This document shows, piece by piece, positions 36,318 to 47,260 of a stretch of 64,000 nucleotides of DNA. The translations under genes were made by a program, and so were the position numbers. The notes beneath the pieces are model-generated. The model did no database searches and was not told the origin of the DNA. It saw only the letters and a program-made list of their open reading frames with translations. How positions within the stretch are numbered: the stretch's first letter is position 1; every line of letters starts with the position of its first letter. This DNA is from a virus, in IMG/VR virus record IMGVR_UViG_3300036770_003738, positions 1-64,000 of that record; one strand, given 5' to 3'.

Positions 36318-39300
36318 TGAGCTATATTGGTATTAACCCTAATACCCCGTTATTGAACACTAGTTCTCAGAACTTTAGTGGCGACGGGGCAACCACGCAG
36401 TTTACTCTGTCTAGAGCAGTTGCTTCGGCCTCAGATTTGGACGTAATTGTCAGCAATTCTGCACAACGCCCGGGTGTTGATTTTACAGCACAAAATACTA
36501 CATTATTGTTTACTAGTGCTCCGGCTTCAGGTACCAACAATATCACTGTAACCTATCGCGGTGGTGCTCTAAATACCCTAGATCTTACTGCTACAGTATT
36601 CAATGCTGGTGCCGTTGGCGACCCAAGCGTAGTCAGTTTAGCAGCAGACAACACAGGTATCTACTGGCCTGATGCTAGCACAATGGCAGTTACGGTAGCA
36701 GGTGCCAATCGTGCGTTGTTCAATGCTACAGCAACTTCAACTAGTTCTACTACAGGTGCTATAACTACACCCGGTGGTGTCGGCGTCGGTGGCAACATTT
36801 TTACAGGTGGCCGAGTTAGCATTGGTAGTACTACAGAAAGTTCAAACATCGGCACAGGTGCTCTTACTGTAGCAGGCGGTGCAGGCATTGTTGGTAACTT
36901 GAACATTGGCGGTGACATCACTTGCGTAGGTGACTTTACTGTTAACGGAACATTTACTACAACAGGCACAGACAGCCTGGATGTAAACGATCCGTTTATT
37001 TTCTTAGCCAATGCTAACCCAGGAGACACCTATGATTCAGGTGTGGTTACTGAATATTACGACGGGGCAACCACAAGATATTCTGGTTACTTCCGTGACG
37101 TAACAGATGGCAAGTACAAACTGTTTGGTAACTTAACTGTTAAACCTAGCACCACAGTTGATACCTCTGATGCTAGCTTTGCTTACAATGATCTAATTTT
37201 AGCCAATATTTCAGCTACTGGCAACGTAACAGGCACATATATTCTTGGTAATGGATCTTTGCTGACCGGTATTTCTACCGATCAAAGTCAGATTTACAGC
37301 GGTAACAGCAAAGTAGGCTTTGCTGGGATCAACGGCAACGTTGTAGCCAACGTAAACAACGTGACTATTGCTGTGGTATCAAGCACTGGTGTTGCAGTAA
37401 CCGGACAGGTGTCCGGAACCACAGTCAGTGCTAGTGGTAACATCACTGGCGGCAACTTGATCAGCAACGGATCGTTGAGCACAGTTGGCAACATCAACAG
37501 TACCGCCGGTAACCTCAGCATGGGCAACTTGATCACTGCTGGACTTGTTACTGCTATAGGTACAGTTACTGGTGGCAACCTAGCCACCAGCGGAACTGCT
37601 AGTGCAGGCGGAAACGTCACGGGTGCTAATGTTGTCACAGGCGGTGTAGTTACTGCAACAGGGAACGTCACAGGTGGTAATATCAATACCGCAGGTCAAG
37701 TAAGTGCTGCAGGCAACGTTACCGGCAGTTACTTTTTGGGCAACGGTAGTCAACTAACTGGTATTGATGCAACAAGTATTCAAAATGGAACAAGCAATGT
37801 TCGTGTTGTAAGTTCTGGTGGTAATGTAGCAGTTGGAATTGGTGGAACATCCAATGTGGCTGTTTATGCAACCACTGGCGAGTATATAACTGGATTAATC
37901 AGTGCTACTGGTAACGTTACTGGCGGCAACGTTAACACTGCTGGTTTGGTATCAGCTACTGGCGCAGTAAATGCAGGAAGTGTTGTAGCAGGCACTACAA
38001 TCAGTGCTGCTGGCAACGTTACTGGCGGAAATATTAGAACAGCAGGTCAAGTAAGTGCTACAGGAGCAATTACTGGTGCTGCTATTACTGGAACAACAAT
38101 TTCAGGTTCTGGCAACGTTACTGGTGCCAATATTAACACTGGGGGCTTGATATTAGCTACAGGTTCTATTACTGGTGCTGCTATTACTGGCACAACAGTT
38201 TCGGGCTCAGGCAACGTTACTGGTGCTAACTTTATTACTAGCGGATTGTTAACTGCCACTGGTAACATTACTGGCGGTAACTTGATTACCGCCAGTGCAA
38301 CAATAGGCGCAGACGGAACGATATCTGGCACAGGCACAATCACTGGTGGCAACCTTGTAACTAACGGATACATCACCGCAGGACAATATGTGTCTGCTAC
38401 CGGCAACGTAACTGGTGGTAACATCAACACTGCTGGCCTGGTATCAGCTACAGGCAATATCACAAACGGTATTGCTAACGTGCTTACTGGAAATGCTATT
38501 GTTACTACCTTGGTCCAAGGTACAACGGTTAGTGCTACTGGCAATGTTAACGCCACTGGCAATATTTCGGGTGGTAACATTGCAGTTACAGGCAATGCAT
38601 CTGCAGCTACTGCTGCAGCAGATTCTAATACTACGCAATTAGCAACCACAGCTTATGTGGTAGGACAAGCAAGCTCGACTACACCTATAGCAATTGGTAC
38701 TGGTGCAGTAGGCACTAGTGTAAAATATGCTAGAGCAGATCACACTCACACTGGTGTAACTAGTGTAAACGGATCATCTGGTGCTGTCACAGGCATTGCT
38801 ACTACAGCAGGCAACTTGGCACAGTTTGCTAGCACTACAAGTTCACAACTAGCTGGGGTAATATTTGATGAAACTGGTTCAGGTAGTTTGGTATTTGCTA
38901 ATACTCCAACCCTGGTTACTCCAATACTTGGTGCAGCAACTGGCACAAGCATAAGTGTTAGCGGTAACGTTACTGCTTCGTATGTAATCGGTAATGGTAG
39001 TCTGTTGTCGAGCATTACTGGTGCCAATATCACAGGTACCGTGGCCAATGCTACATATGCTACATCAGCTGGATCAGCAACAACTGCTACTTCAGCAACC
39101 AGCGCGACCAGTGCAACGTCGGCTACCAATGCAACTAACGCAAGTTATGCATATGTTGAACAAGATCTAACAACCGCTGCAGCTAGATATCTAACATTTG
39201 TTGATTCTACTACTGCTGGTAATCAACGTTTAAATCTTGACAATACACTTAGCTATAACCCAAGTACTGGCACTTTATCTGCAACAATCTTTAGCGGTAT

Positions 39301-39691
39301 TGCAACATCAGCCCGATATGCTGACTTGGCAGAAAATTATGCTGCTGATGCAGAATATTCTCCGGGTACTGTTTTGATTTTTGGTGGCACAAACGAAGTT
39401 ACGTTAGCAACACAACCTGGCGATCAACGTATAGCAGGTGTGATTACTACCAATCCTGCTCACCTGATGAATTCTGCTATTGATTGCGAATATCCAGCGG
39501 CAATTGCGTTGCAAGGTCGTGTACCAACTTTTGTAGTAGGACCGGTGCGCAAAGGTGACATGATGGTGTCAGCTGGCAACGGTCGCGCTCAGGCATGCTC
39601 AACTCCTGCTATCGGCAGTGTGATTGGCAAAGCACTGGAAAACTTTGATGGCGAGCAAGGCGTTATCGAAATTGTTGTAGGAAGATTGTAA
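36317..39691 (+). CDS. Gly/Asn/Thr-rich fibre protein with C-terminal chaperone/autocleavage-type domain (paralogue of 26958..29924)
   Basis: GDG.TT.FTL N-terminal module, GN(V/I)TGGN repeats, C-terminal YADLAE domain. Confidence 0.75.
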   Translation: MSYIGINPNTPLLNTSSQNFSGDGATTQFTLSRAVASASDLDVIVSNSAQRPGVDFTAQNTTLLFTSAPASGTNNITVTYRGGALNTLDLTATVFNAGAVGDPSVVSLAADNTGIYWPDASTMAVTVAGANRALFNATATSTSSTTGAITTPGGVGVGGNIFTGGRVSIGSTTESSNIGTGALTVAGGAGIVGNLNIGGDITCVGDFTVNGTFTTTGTDSLDVNDPFIFLANANPGDTYDSGVVTEYYDGATTRYSGYFRDVTDGKYKLFGNLTVKPSTTVDTSDASFAYNDLILANISATGNVTGTYILGNGSLLTGISTDQSQIYSGNSKVGFAGINGNVVANVNNVTIAVVSSTGVAVTGQVSGTTVSASGNITGGNLISNGSLSTVGNINSTAGNLSMGNLITAGLVTAIGTVTGGNLATSGTASAGGNVTGANVVTGGVVTATGNVTGGNINTAGQVSAAGNVTGSYFLGNGSQLTGIDATSIQNGTSNVRVVSSGGNVAVGIGGTSNVAVYATTGEYITGLISATGNVTGGNVNTAGLVSATGAVNAGSVVAGTTISAAGNVTGGNIRTAGQVSATGAITGAAITGTTISGSGNVTGANINTGGLILATGSITGAAITGTTVSGSGNVTGANFITSGLLTATGNITGGNLITASATIGADGTISGTGTITGGNLVTNGYITAGQYVSATGNVTGGNINTAGLVSATGNITNGIANVLTGNAIVTTLVQGTTVSATGNVNATGNISGGNIAVTGNASAATAAADSNTTQLATTAYVVGQASSTTPIAIGTGAVGTSVKYARADHTHTGVTSVNGSSGAVTGIATTAGNLAQFASTTSSQLAGVIFDETGSGSLVFANTPTLVTPILGAATGTSISVSGNVTASYVIGNGSLLSSITGANITGTVANATYATSAGSATTATSATSATSATSATNATNASYAYVEQDLTTAAARYLTFVDSTTAGNQRLNLDNTLSYNPSTGTLSATIFSGIATSARYADLAENYAADAEYSPGTVLIFGGTNEVTLATQPGDQRIAGVITTNPAHLMNSAIDCEYPAAIALQGRVPTFVVGPVRKGDMMVSAGNGRAQACSTPAIGSVIGKALENFDGEQGVIEIVVGRL

Positions 39692-40083
39692 TGGCATATT
39701 TAGGTAATACCCCTCAAACAGGACAGTATCGTAAAATGGACTCGTTGAGTTTTGACGGGACAACTAACACATTCAATATCACCGTTGACGGCGTGGCTTT
39801 TACACCACCCACAGCTTATGCTATGATGATAAGTTTGAACAATGTGATATTAAATCCTGACATAGGGTTCAGTGTTAGTGGTAGCACTATCAGTTTTGCA
39901 ACCCCTCCGGCTGCACTAACTCCATTTTTTGGATTGATATTTGGAGATACACTATATACTGGCACACCTAGTGATGCAACAGTTATTGACAGCAAAATTG
40001 CAGTAGGAACAATCAGTTATAACAAGTTCTCTACAAACACGCAAGCGACCCTGACAGCAAATCAAATTATATTTGGAGTTTAA
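39691..40083 (+). CDS. Small virion structural protein
   Basis: MAYLGN.P..FDG.T..F...ISF.TPP module, related to the N-terminus of 36317. Confidence 0.65.
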   Translation: MAYLGNTPQTGQYRKMDSLSFDGTTNTFNITVDGVAFTPPTAYAMMISLNNVILNPDIGFSVSGSTISFATPPAALTPFFGLIFGDTLYTGTPSDATVIDSKIAVGTISYNKFSTNTQATLTANQIIFGV

Positions 40084-40086
40084 GAG

Positions 40087-43000
40087 ATGGCACGACAAAG
40101 AGTTTACAAATACGTTTTTACGCCTGGTACATCAGGAGTGGGTACGATACAGGTGCAAGGGCGCTATAATCTTGCTGATTTCCTAGCAATCTATAACACA
40201 ACGGACAACATCAGCATCTACAATTTTGGTGATCCAGCACAAGGCGGTACAGTGTCATGGAGTTCTAGCACTATTAGCGGCTTGCCCACATCATATGATG
40301 GTGTTACTACACTCACACTAGATGCTGACACTAGCAGCATGTCTGCTAGCGACAAGTTGTCAATATTTGTTGAGGAACAAGCGTTGGAAGTGCAGCCCTG
40401 GGCCTTTGGAATGGATGCCATTGGTCGTAACCGAGTTAGCAATCCCGAAGCCTTAATTGACGCTGACTTCGAATATGGTTTGCAAAACACAAAATGGCAA
40501 AACGTCAGCGTCAACAACAATATTCCTGGTTTCTACGAAGACTTTGGCGCAGACCTGTTGGTCCAAACCAATGGATACATCAGTTTGCTAGCAGGCGACG
40601 ACCTTATTACTAGCAATGTTGACACATCAGTTCGATTGAGTAATCCTGGCACACCTGCTTGGGTAGCTAACGACTATGCGCTATTAATAAGCCAGACACA
40701 AGGCAATACTACAGCGTTTACATCAACCTATACCACAGCCAATGTCAACAGCTCTGCTGAACGACTAGTAACAGTGTCGTCGACTAGCAGTTTTGCAGAA
40801 GACGACAATGTGTTGATTATTGGTCGCCCTACATCAGGTGGTACAACTATTTCAACCAGTATTACAAGTACAGCTACTACAACTGTTGTAGTAGCTAATG
40901 CTTCTGCAGCAGGCATTGTTGACGGCTGCTACATCATTGTGTTGACAGACACTGCTGGTGTGTACGAAGTCATGGCGGTCACAAACGTTAGTACCAACAC
41001 ACTCACAGTGGTACGACAGTCCAATCGAACCAACGCTGGTGGCGCAAACATTACTACCGGCAATGCAGTTTATGTTGTGGCCAGTCTAGAAGTTTCTCAA
41101 ATTGACGAAGTCACAGACGGAACCACACTGCAACTGCAACGTGGCTGGTACAACATTCCTGCACTCAACAGTTTTGCTTCAGGATCTATTGTTCAAAAGT
41201 TGTCCAGCAACGTTGAACTAGTTGAACACACAGCAGTTAGTACCGCTGTGAACGGTGCCCAAACAATCAGCCGTGGTGCTTACAGTACCACAGCACTGAG
41301 CGCAGCAGGTGTAGGATCACCTATGATCCGCATGACCGGTGCGTTCAATGCCACTGGCAATGCCAACATTCCTGAAGTTGCAGTCAACGCTCCAGATCAC
41401 GGTTTAACCGCTGGTAATTATGTGAGTGCGTTGAACATGAGCAACAGCAACGCTGAAGGTGTGGATATTGTGGCATCGGCCAACACCAACAACTTTGGTT
41501 ACTATCCTCGCAGAACAACTGGCCTAGCAGTTGGTTATCCGCTGAACCAAACTGATACTGCCCTACGTCAAGCTTTCCCCTACACTGGTGCTGACCTAGA
41601 CGTGGTCAGCATTGTGAGCGATGCTGGGACTCCTAGTACCATCACAGTGACTACAACATATGCTCACGGTCTAGTACCTGGAACTCCAATCTTGGTCAAC
41701 TTGACTGCTGGTACTAACACTGCCTACGGCGAAGGCAGCTTTATTGTGATCAGCGTACCAAGCACAACCACATTTACATACACTGCCAAATCTGGTGCCG
41801 CAGTAAGTGGCAGCTTGGAAGGTATCATCAACGTTCGCAGCAACGCAACATTCTTGCCAAGACCATTTGATGGTGGTGTTATCTTAGGCCCTGGTACACC
41901 CACTCATGGCGCTAGCGCAATTCGTCAGACCAAGAAGTACTTCCGTTATCAATCTGGTAAGGGCATTTTGTTTACATCTGGTACCATGCTCAAACCAACA
42001 TTTGATATTTCAGTGTTGAGCGCTGACGGGACCGCAGTTAACAGCATCATTACAGTCACCACAGATATTGAGCACGGACTAAACATTGGTGCAATCATTG
42101 CAATCCAGGGTGTTGACACTACTGGTTATACCAACACTGGATATGTGGTCACATCCATTGTGAGCGATGTTAGTTTCACAGTACAAGCACAAGCTGAACT
42201 AGGCAGTACCAATCCTGATCTGGCTCCTCAACCACGAGTCAATGTCACAGGTTGGCACGGTGCTAGTATCCGTGCTGGTATTTTTGATGATCAAAACGGC
42301 ATGTTCTGGGAGTGCGATGGACAGAGTGTCAACGCAGTTCAGCGTTCAAGCACATTCCAGGTTGCTGGTTTGGTCAGTGTTGGAGTAGGATCCAACTTGG
42401 TCACTGGTGACGGTGTTTGTCGATTCCAAGAGCAGTTAAACAACGGCGACGTTGTGGTTATTCGTGGTATGACACATACTGTGACTAGTATCCTTGACGA
42501 AGCACGTATGACAGTAGTACCTACATTCCGTGGTGTTACTAACCAAAATCGTGTGAAAATGTGCTTGCGCCAAGAGATTCGTGTACGTCAAGCAGATTTC
42601 AACATTGATCCACTGGATGGAACAGGTCCGAGCGGTTACACACTGGATGCTAACAAAATGCAGATGTTAGGTGTTGAATACTCTTGGTACGGCGCAGGTT
42701 ATGTACAGTGGATGATTCGTGGACAAAACGGCAACTTTGTTATGGCACATCGTCGTCCTAACAACAACGCCAACAACGAAGCTTACATGCGTTCGGGTAA
42801 CTTGCCTGCCCGCTATGAAGCAGTAAACGAAACACCTATTAGCGAGCTTAACGGCGCAATTGATGCTAGCCAAACAACAATTACTTTATTGGATGCAACC
42901 TACTATCCAGCAGCCAGCGTCACATACCCAGTGTATGTGATGATTGACAGTGAAATCATCAAGTACTCCGGTAAGAGTGGCAACGATCTTACCGGTTGCA

Positions 43001-44043
43001 CACGAGGTGCAACATTTACACAATGGATCGAAGGCGCAAGCCGCAGCTTTACATCTAGTGCTGCTGCAAGTCACGACAGTTCAACCGGTGTAATATTGAT
43101 TTCTAACACCTGTACTCCATTAGTTAACCACTGGGGTAGTTCAGTAATCATGGATGGCAGCTTCGATGGCGACGAAGGCTATCAGTTCACATTCAACCGA
43201 ACTAACTATGGTTTACCAGGAACAATTGGCCAGAAGCAAACTGCTTTCTGTATGCGTCTTGCACCGAGTGTAAGTAACGGTATCATTGGAAATCTTGGCC
43301 AACGAGATTTGATCAATCGAGCACAGCTCACACTCAGCAACATGATTGTGAACATCACAGCAGGTCGTTACTTGGTTGAAGGTATTCTAAACCCTAGCAA
43401 CATTGATTCGGCTAACACTGTGTGGTCAGGACTCAACAATGCAGGTGGTGGCTACCAACCTAGCTTTACTGAGTTTTCAGTAGCGCCAATCTACACCGAT
43501 GATACCACAGGTGGTGTAACCGGTTCTTTATATGGATCCACAGGCGGTTTTGTTAAGAGTGGCACCAAGCAAACTTTTAGTAGTAATAGAACCTATCCTA
43601 ACTTAGCACCTATTAACGTTTCTAGTTCGGGCTCAGGATCTAACGTCACTGTGCAATTGACTAGGACTGGCACAACTTATACTAACAGTACAGTACAAAT
43701 TACTGTGCAAAACCCTGGTTCAGGTTATGCAATCGGCGACACACTAAAGATTCTAGGTAACGCTCTTGGCGGATCAACTCCATCCAACGACTTAGCACTT
43801 ACCGTAGCAGCTATTACAACTGAAATCTCAGGTGGTGAGCGCTTGTTTGCTGTACCAATTTCAACAACTAACTCAGGTACATTGGATTTGCGCTCAGTTA
43901 AACAGATTGGTACTAGTGCTATTCCTGGTACAGGAACTTTCCCCAACGGGCCAGAAATTCTAGCTGTGCAAATTACAGCACTAGCTACTGCAACAAACCC
44001 AACAGGTGAGATACAGTTACAGTTCCAGGAAAGTCAAGCTTAA
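40087..44043 (+). CDS. Large virion structural protein
   Basis: 1318 aa; LIDADFEYGLQ.TKW, HGL repeats, RQTKKYFRYQSGKG and YSWYGAG motifs seen in T4-like virion proteins. Confidence 0.7.
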   Translation: MARQRVYKYVFTPGTSGVGTIQVQGRYNLADFLAIYNTTDNISIYNFGDPAQGGTVSWSSSTISGLPTSYDGVTTLTLDADTSSMSASDKLSIFVEEQALEVQPWAFGMDAIGRNRVSNPEALIDADFEYGLQNTKWQNVSVNNNIPGFYEDFGADLLVQTNGYISLLAGDDLITSNVDTSVRLSNPGTPAWVANDYALLISQTQGNTTAFTSTYTTANVNSSAERLVTVSSTSSFAEDDNVLIIGRPTSGGTTISTSITSTATTTVVVANASAAGIVDGCYIIVLTDTAGVYEVMAVTNVSTNTLTVVRQSNRTNAGGANITTGNAVYVVASLEVSQIDEVTDGTTLQLQRGWYNIPALNSFASGSIVQKLSSNVELVEHTAVSTAVNGAQTISRGAYSTTALSAAGVGSPMIRMTGAFNATGNANIPEVAVNAPDHGLTAGNYVSALNMSNSNAEGVDIVASANTNNFGYYPRRTTGLAVGYPLNQTDTALRQAFPYTGADLDVVSIVSDAGTPSTITVTTTYAHGLVPGTPILVNLTAGTNTAYGEGSFIVISVPSTTTFTYTAKSGAAVSGSLEGIINVRSNATFLPRPFDGGVILGPGTPTHGASAIRQTKKYFRYQSGKGILFTSGTMLKPTFDISVLSADGTAVNSIITVTTDIEHGLNIGAIIAIQGVDTTGYTNTGYVVTSIVSDVSFTVQAQAELGSTNPDLAPQPRVNVTGWHGASIRAGIFDDQNGMFWECDGQSVNAVQRSSTFQVAGLVSVGVGSNLVTGDGVCRFQEQLNNGDVVVIRGMTHTVTSILDEARMTVVPTFRGVTNQNRVKMCLRQEIRVRQADFNIDPLDGTGPSGYTLDANKMQMLGVEYSWYGAGYVQWMIRGQNGNFVMAHRRPNNNANNEAYMRSGNLPARYEAVNETPISELNGAIDASQTTITLLDATYYPAASVTYPVYVMIDSEIIKYSGKSGNDLTGCTRGATFTQWIEGASRSFTSSAAASHDSSTGVILISNTCTPLVNHWGSSVIMDGSFDGDEGYQFTFNRTNYGLPGTIGQKQTAFCMRLAPSVSNGIIGNLGQRDLINRAQLTLSNMIVNITAGRYLVEGILNPSNIDSANTVWSGLNNAGGGYQPSFTEFSVAPIYTDDTTGGVTGSLYGSTGGFVKSGTKQTFSSNRTYPNLAPINVSSSGSGSNVTVQLTRTGTTYTNSTVQITVQNPGSGYAIGDTLKILGNALGGSTPSNDLALTVAAITTEISGGERLFAVPISTTNSGTLDLRSVKQIGTSAIPGTGTFPNGPEILAVQITALATATNPTGEIQLQFQESQA

Positions 44044-44477
44044 CGCGATACAAAATCCTGCTCAAGTAGCAGGATTTTGCTTTGTACAGCTTCGATATTG
44101 ACTGTGCTCCACAATCCGGGATGCATAGGACGCGGCCAAGTACCAGCATCGATCCAGGCCCACCCTAGGTGCTCGTGATTGAGCACAGGAGTAAACTCAT
44201 TAGCGACCACACATACCCAGGTGTGGTATTCGAATGCGCCATCAGCTGAAGTAAATTTTTCTAACGGTATTAGACGTTCGTATATAGGAAAGTTGCCTAG
44301 CTCTTCAATGCATTCGCGCTCCATGCTACCTAGCAAGGTTTCGCCAGCTTCTACCTTGCCACCAGGTAAACCCCAGACGCTGGGATTTTTGCTGTCATTG
44401 CGCAACAGGTACAGGTAACGTCCTGTGCTTTTTGAACGAAACCAAACACCGACTGCCTTCAAAGCACAATGCTCCAC
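44040..44477 (-). CDS. Nudix hydrolase
   Basis: Nudix box GG.VEAGET.....RE..EELG; true start is probably the TTG at 44462. Confidence 0.88.
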   Translation of the reverse strand: MEHCALKAVGVWFRSKSTGRYLYLLRNDSKNPSVWGLPGGKVEAGETLLGSMERECIEELGNFPIYERLIPLEKFTSADGAFEYHTWVCVVANEFTPVLNHEHLGWAWIDAGTWPRPMHPGLWSTVNIEAVQSKILLLEQDFVSR

Positions 44478-45856
44478 TCACCACCAGGGTAGATGCCTTG
44501 ATAGCTCTTGATCCACATTTCTCCAGTCCAGTAGTATTGAAGTCCTGTGGTTATATTAGTAACATACTGTCCACCAGGAATAGTATCAGCATTAAATACC
44601 ACGTGCCAGTAGTTGTTGGAGTATTCAATAATGTCGTTGGCTTCGGCTACAAGCGGCCGCCCATTTGCGCCAACCCAAGCAGTGGCATTGTATTGATTGC
44701 TGAGGCTACCAGTTGCTTCAGTTAGCAAATAACGTTGTCCTTCGATTGCACTATCGAGCCCGTCTTGAGGAGCACTGGTCTGTGGATTGATCACAGCGTC
44801 GATGGCTGCTAGTGTGTTCTGTGGCACAGTGTCAGTGTCGGCATCGAACAACATAAAGCGTTCGTCGTTAGGATCCAGTGTAATGGTACCAATAACTTCG
44901 GTGCCATCAGGCTGCTCTAGTCTGATTTGGCTAATACCTGGGCGCAGCACACCATAAACACTGACCACAGCGGGCCATTGTAAGTTGCTGTTTTCAACCA
45001 AGTCAGGAGCAATTAAACTGGAGTTAGGTTGGTCTACAATAGTAGGACCTTGTAAACACTGTAGCTTGTTGCCAATCAAAACTACTTTGTAGTTGTAAGG
45101 TGTGACTTTGACTCGGGTGCCTAACAACAGATCATTGTTGGTCACAGCATCTTGCAGGTCGCCTTGTGCATCATACATGCTGGCAATTACTCGCTCAATC
45201 ACACCCAGCTTCTTGACCTTGGCAGGTGAGCTGATCCAAATTGGCAAGCTGAACTTGAGAGTTGCAATATCGATAGGGTTTTCTGTTCCCATTGGAATAG
45301 TTCTTGAAGTCCATTGGACTGAGTCTAATTCTACTATACTCAAGCTGGTCCAGTCAATATAGTTGTCAGTCGATTGCACTTCCAGGCTGGGGTTGAACAG
45401 TGTCAGCATCTGTTCCAGCAACTGCATTTTTTGATTAGTGTTGCTAGTCCAGATATCCAAGGTGATACCCAACTTGTAAGGCACAGGCATTAGTCGTTCG
45501 ATGGTAAACGCATTGCCTTGGGTGGTCTCGTAAGTTTCAGAATCTTGATCGTAGGTACGTTGACGCACATTGACCTTGCTCACAAAGTACGGCTCTTGCA
45601 TGCGCGGACGATCGTAGTCCAGGCTAGACACATAAAATGTCATTAGCGGAGTGCTAGGCATGCTTGATGCTGAGTTTTCCTGAATAATAGTTTGTGCGTT
45701 GCGACTAGCATCGCCGTAACGAACCGGAACACGCAGTAGTGCAGCCTGATCAGTGCCTTCTTCTCTACCGTATTCGATCTGGAAGTTGCTGCAAATCCTG
45801 GTAAACTGAAGCAGGAATCGACGAATTTGAGCGTCGTAAAAGAATTGTTGTGCCAT
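44459..45856 (-). CDS. gp15: Tail sheath stabiliser/terminator
   Basis: FFYD.QIRR...F...VP..YG, P.PY.L...L.IW....QK.Q..EQ....FNP motifs, with a C-terminal extension. Confidence 0.8.
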   Translation of the reverse strand: MAQQFFYDAQIRRFLLQFTRICSNFQIEYGREEGTDQAALLRVPVRYGDASRNAQTIIQENSASSMPSTPLMTFYVSSLDYDRPRMQEPYFVSKVNVRQRTYDQDSETYETTQGNAFTIERLMPVPYKLGITLDIWTSNTNQKMQLLEQMLTLFNPSLEVQSTDNYIDWTSLSIVELDSVQWTSRTIPMGTENPIDIATLKFSLPIWISSPAKVKKLGVIERVIASMYDAQGDLQDAVTNNDLLLGTRVKVTPYNYKVVLIGNKLQCLQGPTIVDQPNSSLIAPDLVENSNLQWPAVVSVYGVLRPGISQIRLEQPDGTEVIGTITLDPNDERFMLFDADTDTVPQNTLAAIDAVINPQTSAPQDGLDSAIEGQRYLLTEATGSLSNQYNATAWVGANGRPLVAEANDIIEYSNNYWHVVFNADTIPGGQYVTNITTGLQYYWTGEMWIKSYQGIYPGGEWSIVL

Positions 45857-45861
45857 AATGA

Positions 45862-47184
45862 TTAACCGCCGTTGTCGGCTCTGGGTTTAAGCAACTCACT
45901 GAGACTCTGACGACTTGGAATGGCGCCGCGGTCTGTGGTGTTGACAGTTGCTGTGTTGTTGACAAAGCTAGAACGCAGTGTCTTGTTGTCTGGACCGTTG
46001 TTAAGATCAGTCCGAACACTGTCTTCAATCTTGACCCAACGAACACCGTCATATCGGAACAAACGATTGGGTCTATAATCCAGTCGCAACACATATTGAC
46101 CAGCTACAGGATTGGGAGGAAAAGCCACTCCTTGAGTAACCGGAAGACCGTTAGGAGCAATCTCGTCGCTGCCAGTGAGATAGCCCATGGTATAACCTTC
46201 GGCACGTGGGGTAGTACCTTGTCCACCTTGGGTACCGTCTACAGTAGTTGAACTATCTGTGGTCATACCTACTTCTTCAGCTAGTGCAGGCTGATCGTTT
46301 AGCAGAGTTGGAACAATATAAAACTTAGTGGTGTCGTAGCCACTGAGAGGAACTTCGATGTCTGCTTGTGTGAGAATAGCGTCGTTGATTTCGGTGTCTT
46401 TGGTTCTAGTACCTTGAACATCAGCAACAGTAGGCGGTGTGTACTCTTGCCAATATGTTGTATTAGAAATATCAATGTCGGCCGGAGTATTGATCTGAGC
46501 TTGATAATAGGTATCGCCGTAGTTTACAATACTTCCAGCAGGGTAATAATTGCCATTGTCCCAGATTTGCTCACTGACAAAAGGTTTGTTAGTAATAGAG
46601 TTGTATTCCTGTGCGTCAGTGAGAGGCGTTGCCTTCACACGCCATAAGTGAGGTAACCAAGTTACAGAAAAGCCTTCGCTAGCATAAGCAGCATCTTGTA
46701 TCACATAGTACTTAGGCAGTGCAGCAGGCAGTGTTGAATTTAATGGGTTGTAGTCTTTGAGATTTGGAACTTCGATCACGTCACCACTCATGAGCTTCCG
46801 TCCAAAAGTGTCAATCATGTCGTTGTAGTGGAAGGTGATAAACAAAGTATCATTGTTCAAAAACAAACCAAACTGTGTCAAGTCAAAGTCCACGTCTTGA
46901 GTATTGTAAACCCCCCGCATGACGTAAATGTCAGGATCGTACACTCGGTCTCTGTTTTCTAGCAACAGCAGATCTTGAATGTTGAGTGGGCTCAGTGTTT
47001 CGTAAACTGGTTGAGTTGCGTCAGCATTGCCACTAAGTGCAGAATCTTCCCCTCCGGTTTGCGGACCCATGTACTTGTGGACATAAAGGTCTAAACCGCC
47101 AACAGTGTACATTTCACTGATTGTGCGGTCCAAAAATTGATAATCTCTGGTGCGATTGGGACGATATAGACTTAAACGTGGCAT
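45862..47184 (-). CDS. gp14: Neck/head-closure protein
   Basis: Start MPRLSLY at 47184 after TAAATA; FDL.QFGL...D...ITF...GD.I.VP motif; adjacent to gp15. Confidence 0.7.
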   Translation of the reverse strand: MPRLSLYRPNRTRDYQFLDRTISEMYTVGGLDLYVHKYMGPQTGGEDSALSGNADATQPVYETLSPLNIQDLLLLENRDRVYDPDIYVMRGVYNTQDVDFDLTQFGLFLNNDTLFITFHYNDMIDTFGRKLMSGDVIEVPNLKDYNPLNSTLPAALPKYYVIQDAAYASEGFSVTWLPHLWRVKATPLTDAQEYNSITNKPFVSEQIWDNGNYYPAGSIVNYGDTYYQAQINTPADIDISNTTYWQEYTPPTVADVQGTRTKDTEINDAILTQADIEVPLSGYDTTKFYIVPTLLNDQPALAEEVGMTTDSSTTVDGTQGGQGTTPRAEGYTMGYLTGSDEIAPNGLPVTQGVAFPPNPVAGQYVLRLDYRPNRLFRYDGVRWVKIEDSVRTDLNNGPDNKTLRSSFVNNTATVNTTDRGAIPSRQSLSELLKPRADNGG

Positions 47185-47206
47185 AGTAATACTATTTATG
47201 TACCGG

Positions 47207-47235
47207 TTGACCACAAATTGAGCAAGTGCTATAAT
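47207..47235 (+). promoter_or_regulatory. Strong sigma70-type early promoter
   Basis: TTGACC-17 nt-TATAAT with extended TG; AGGAG SD downstream. Confidence 0.8.
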
Positions 47236-47260
47236 TACAGCATACAAACAAGGAGCCCAA

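Noticed and set aside
27029-39129. Many long antisense ORFs (LPVA/PPVT-rich, up to 373 aa) opposite the fibre genes
   Set aside because: Shadow frames produced by repetitive GGN/AAC/ACN codon use on the coding strand; no SD, promoter or protein-like composition
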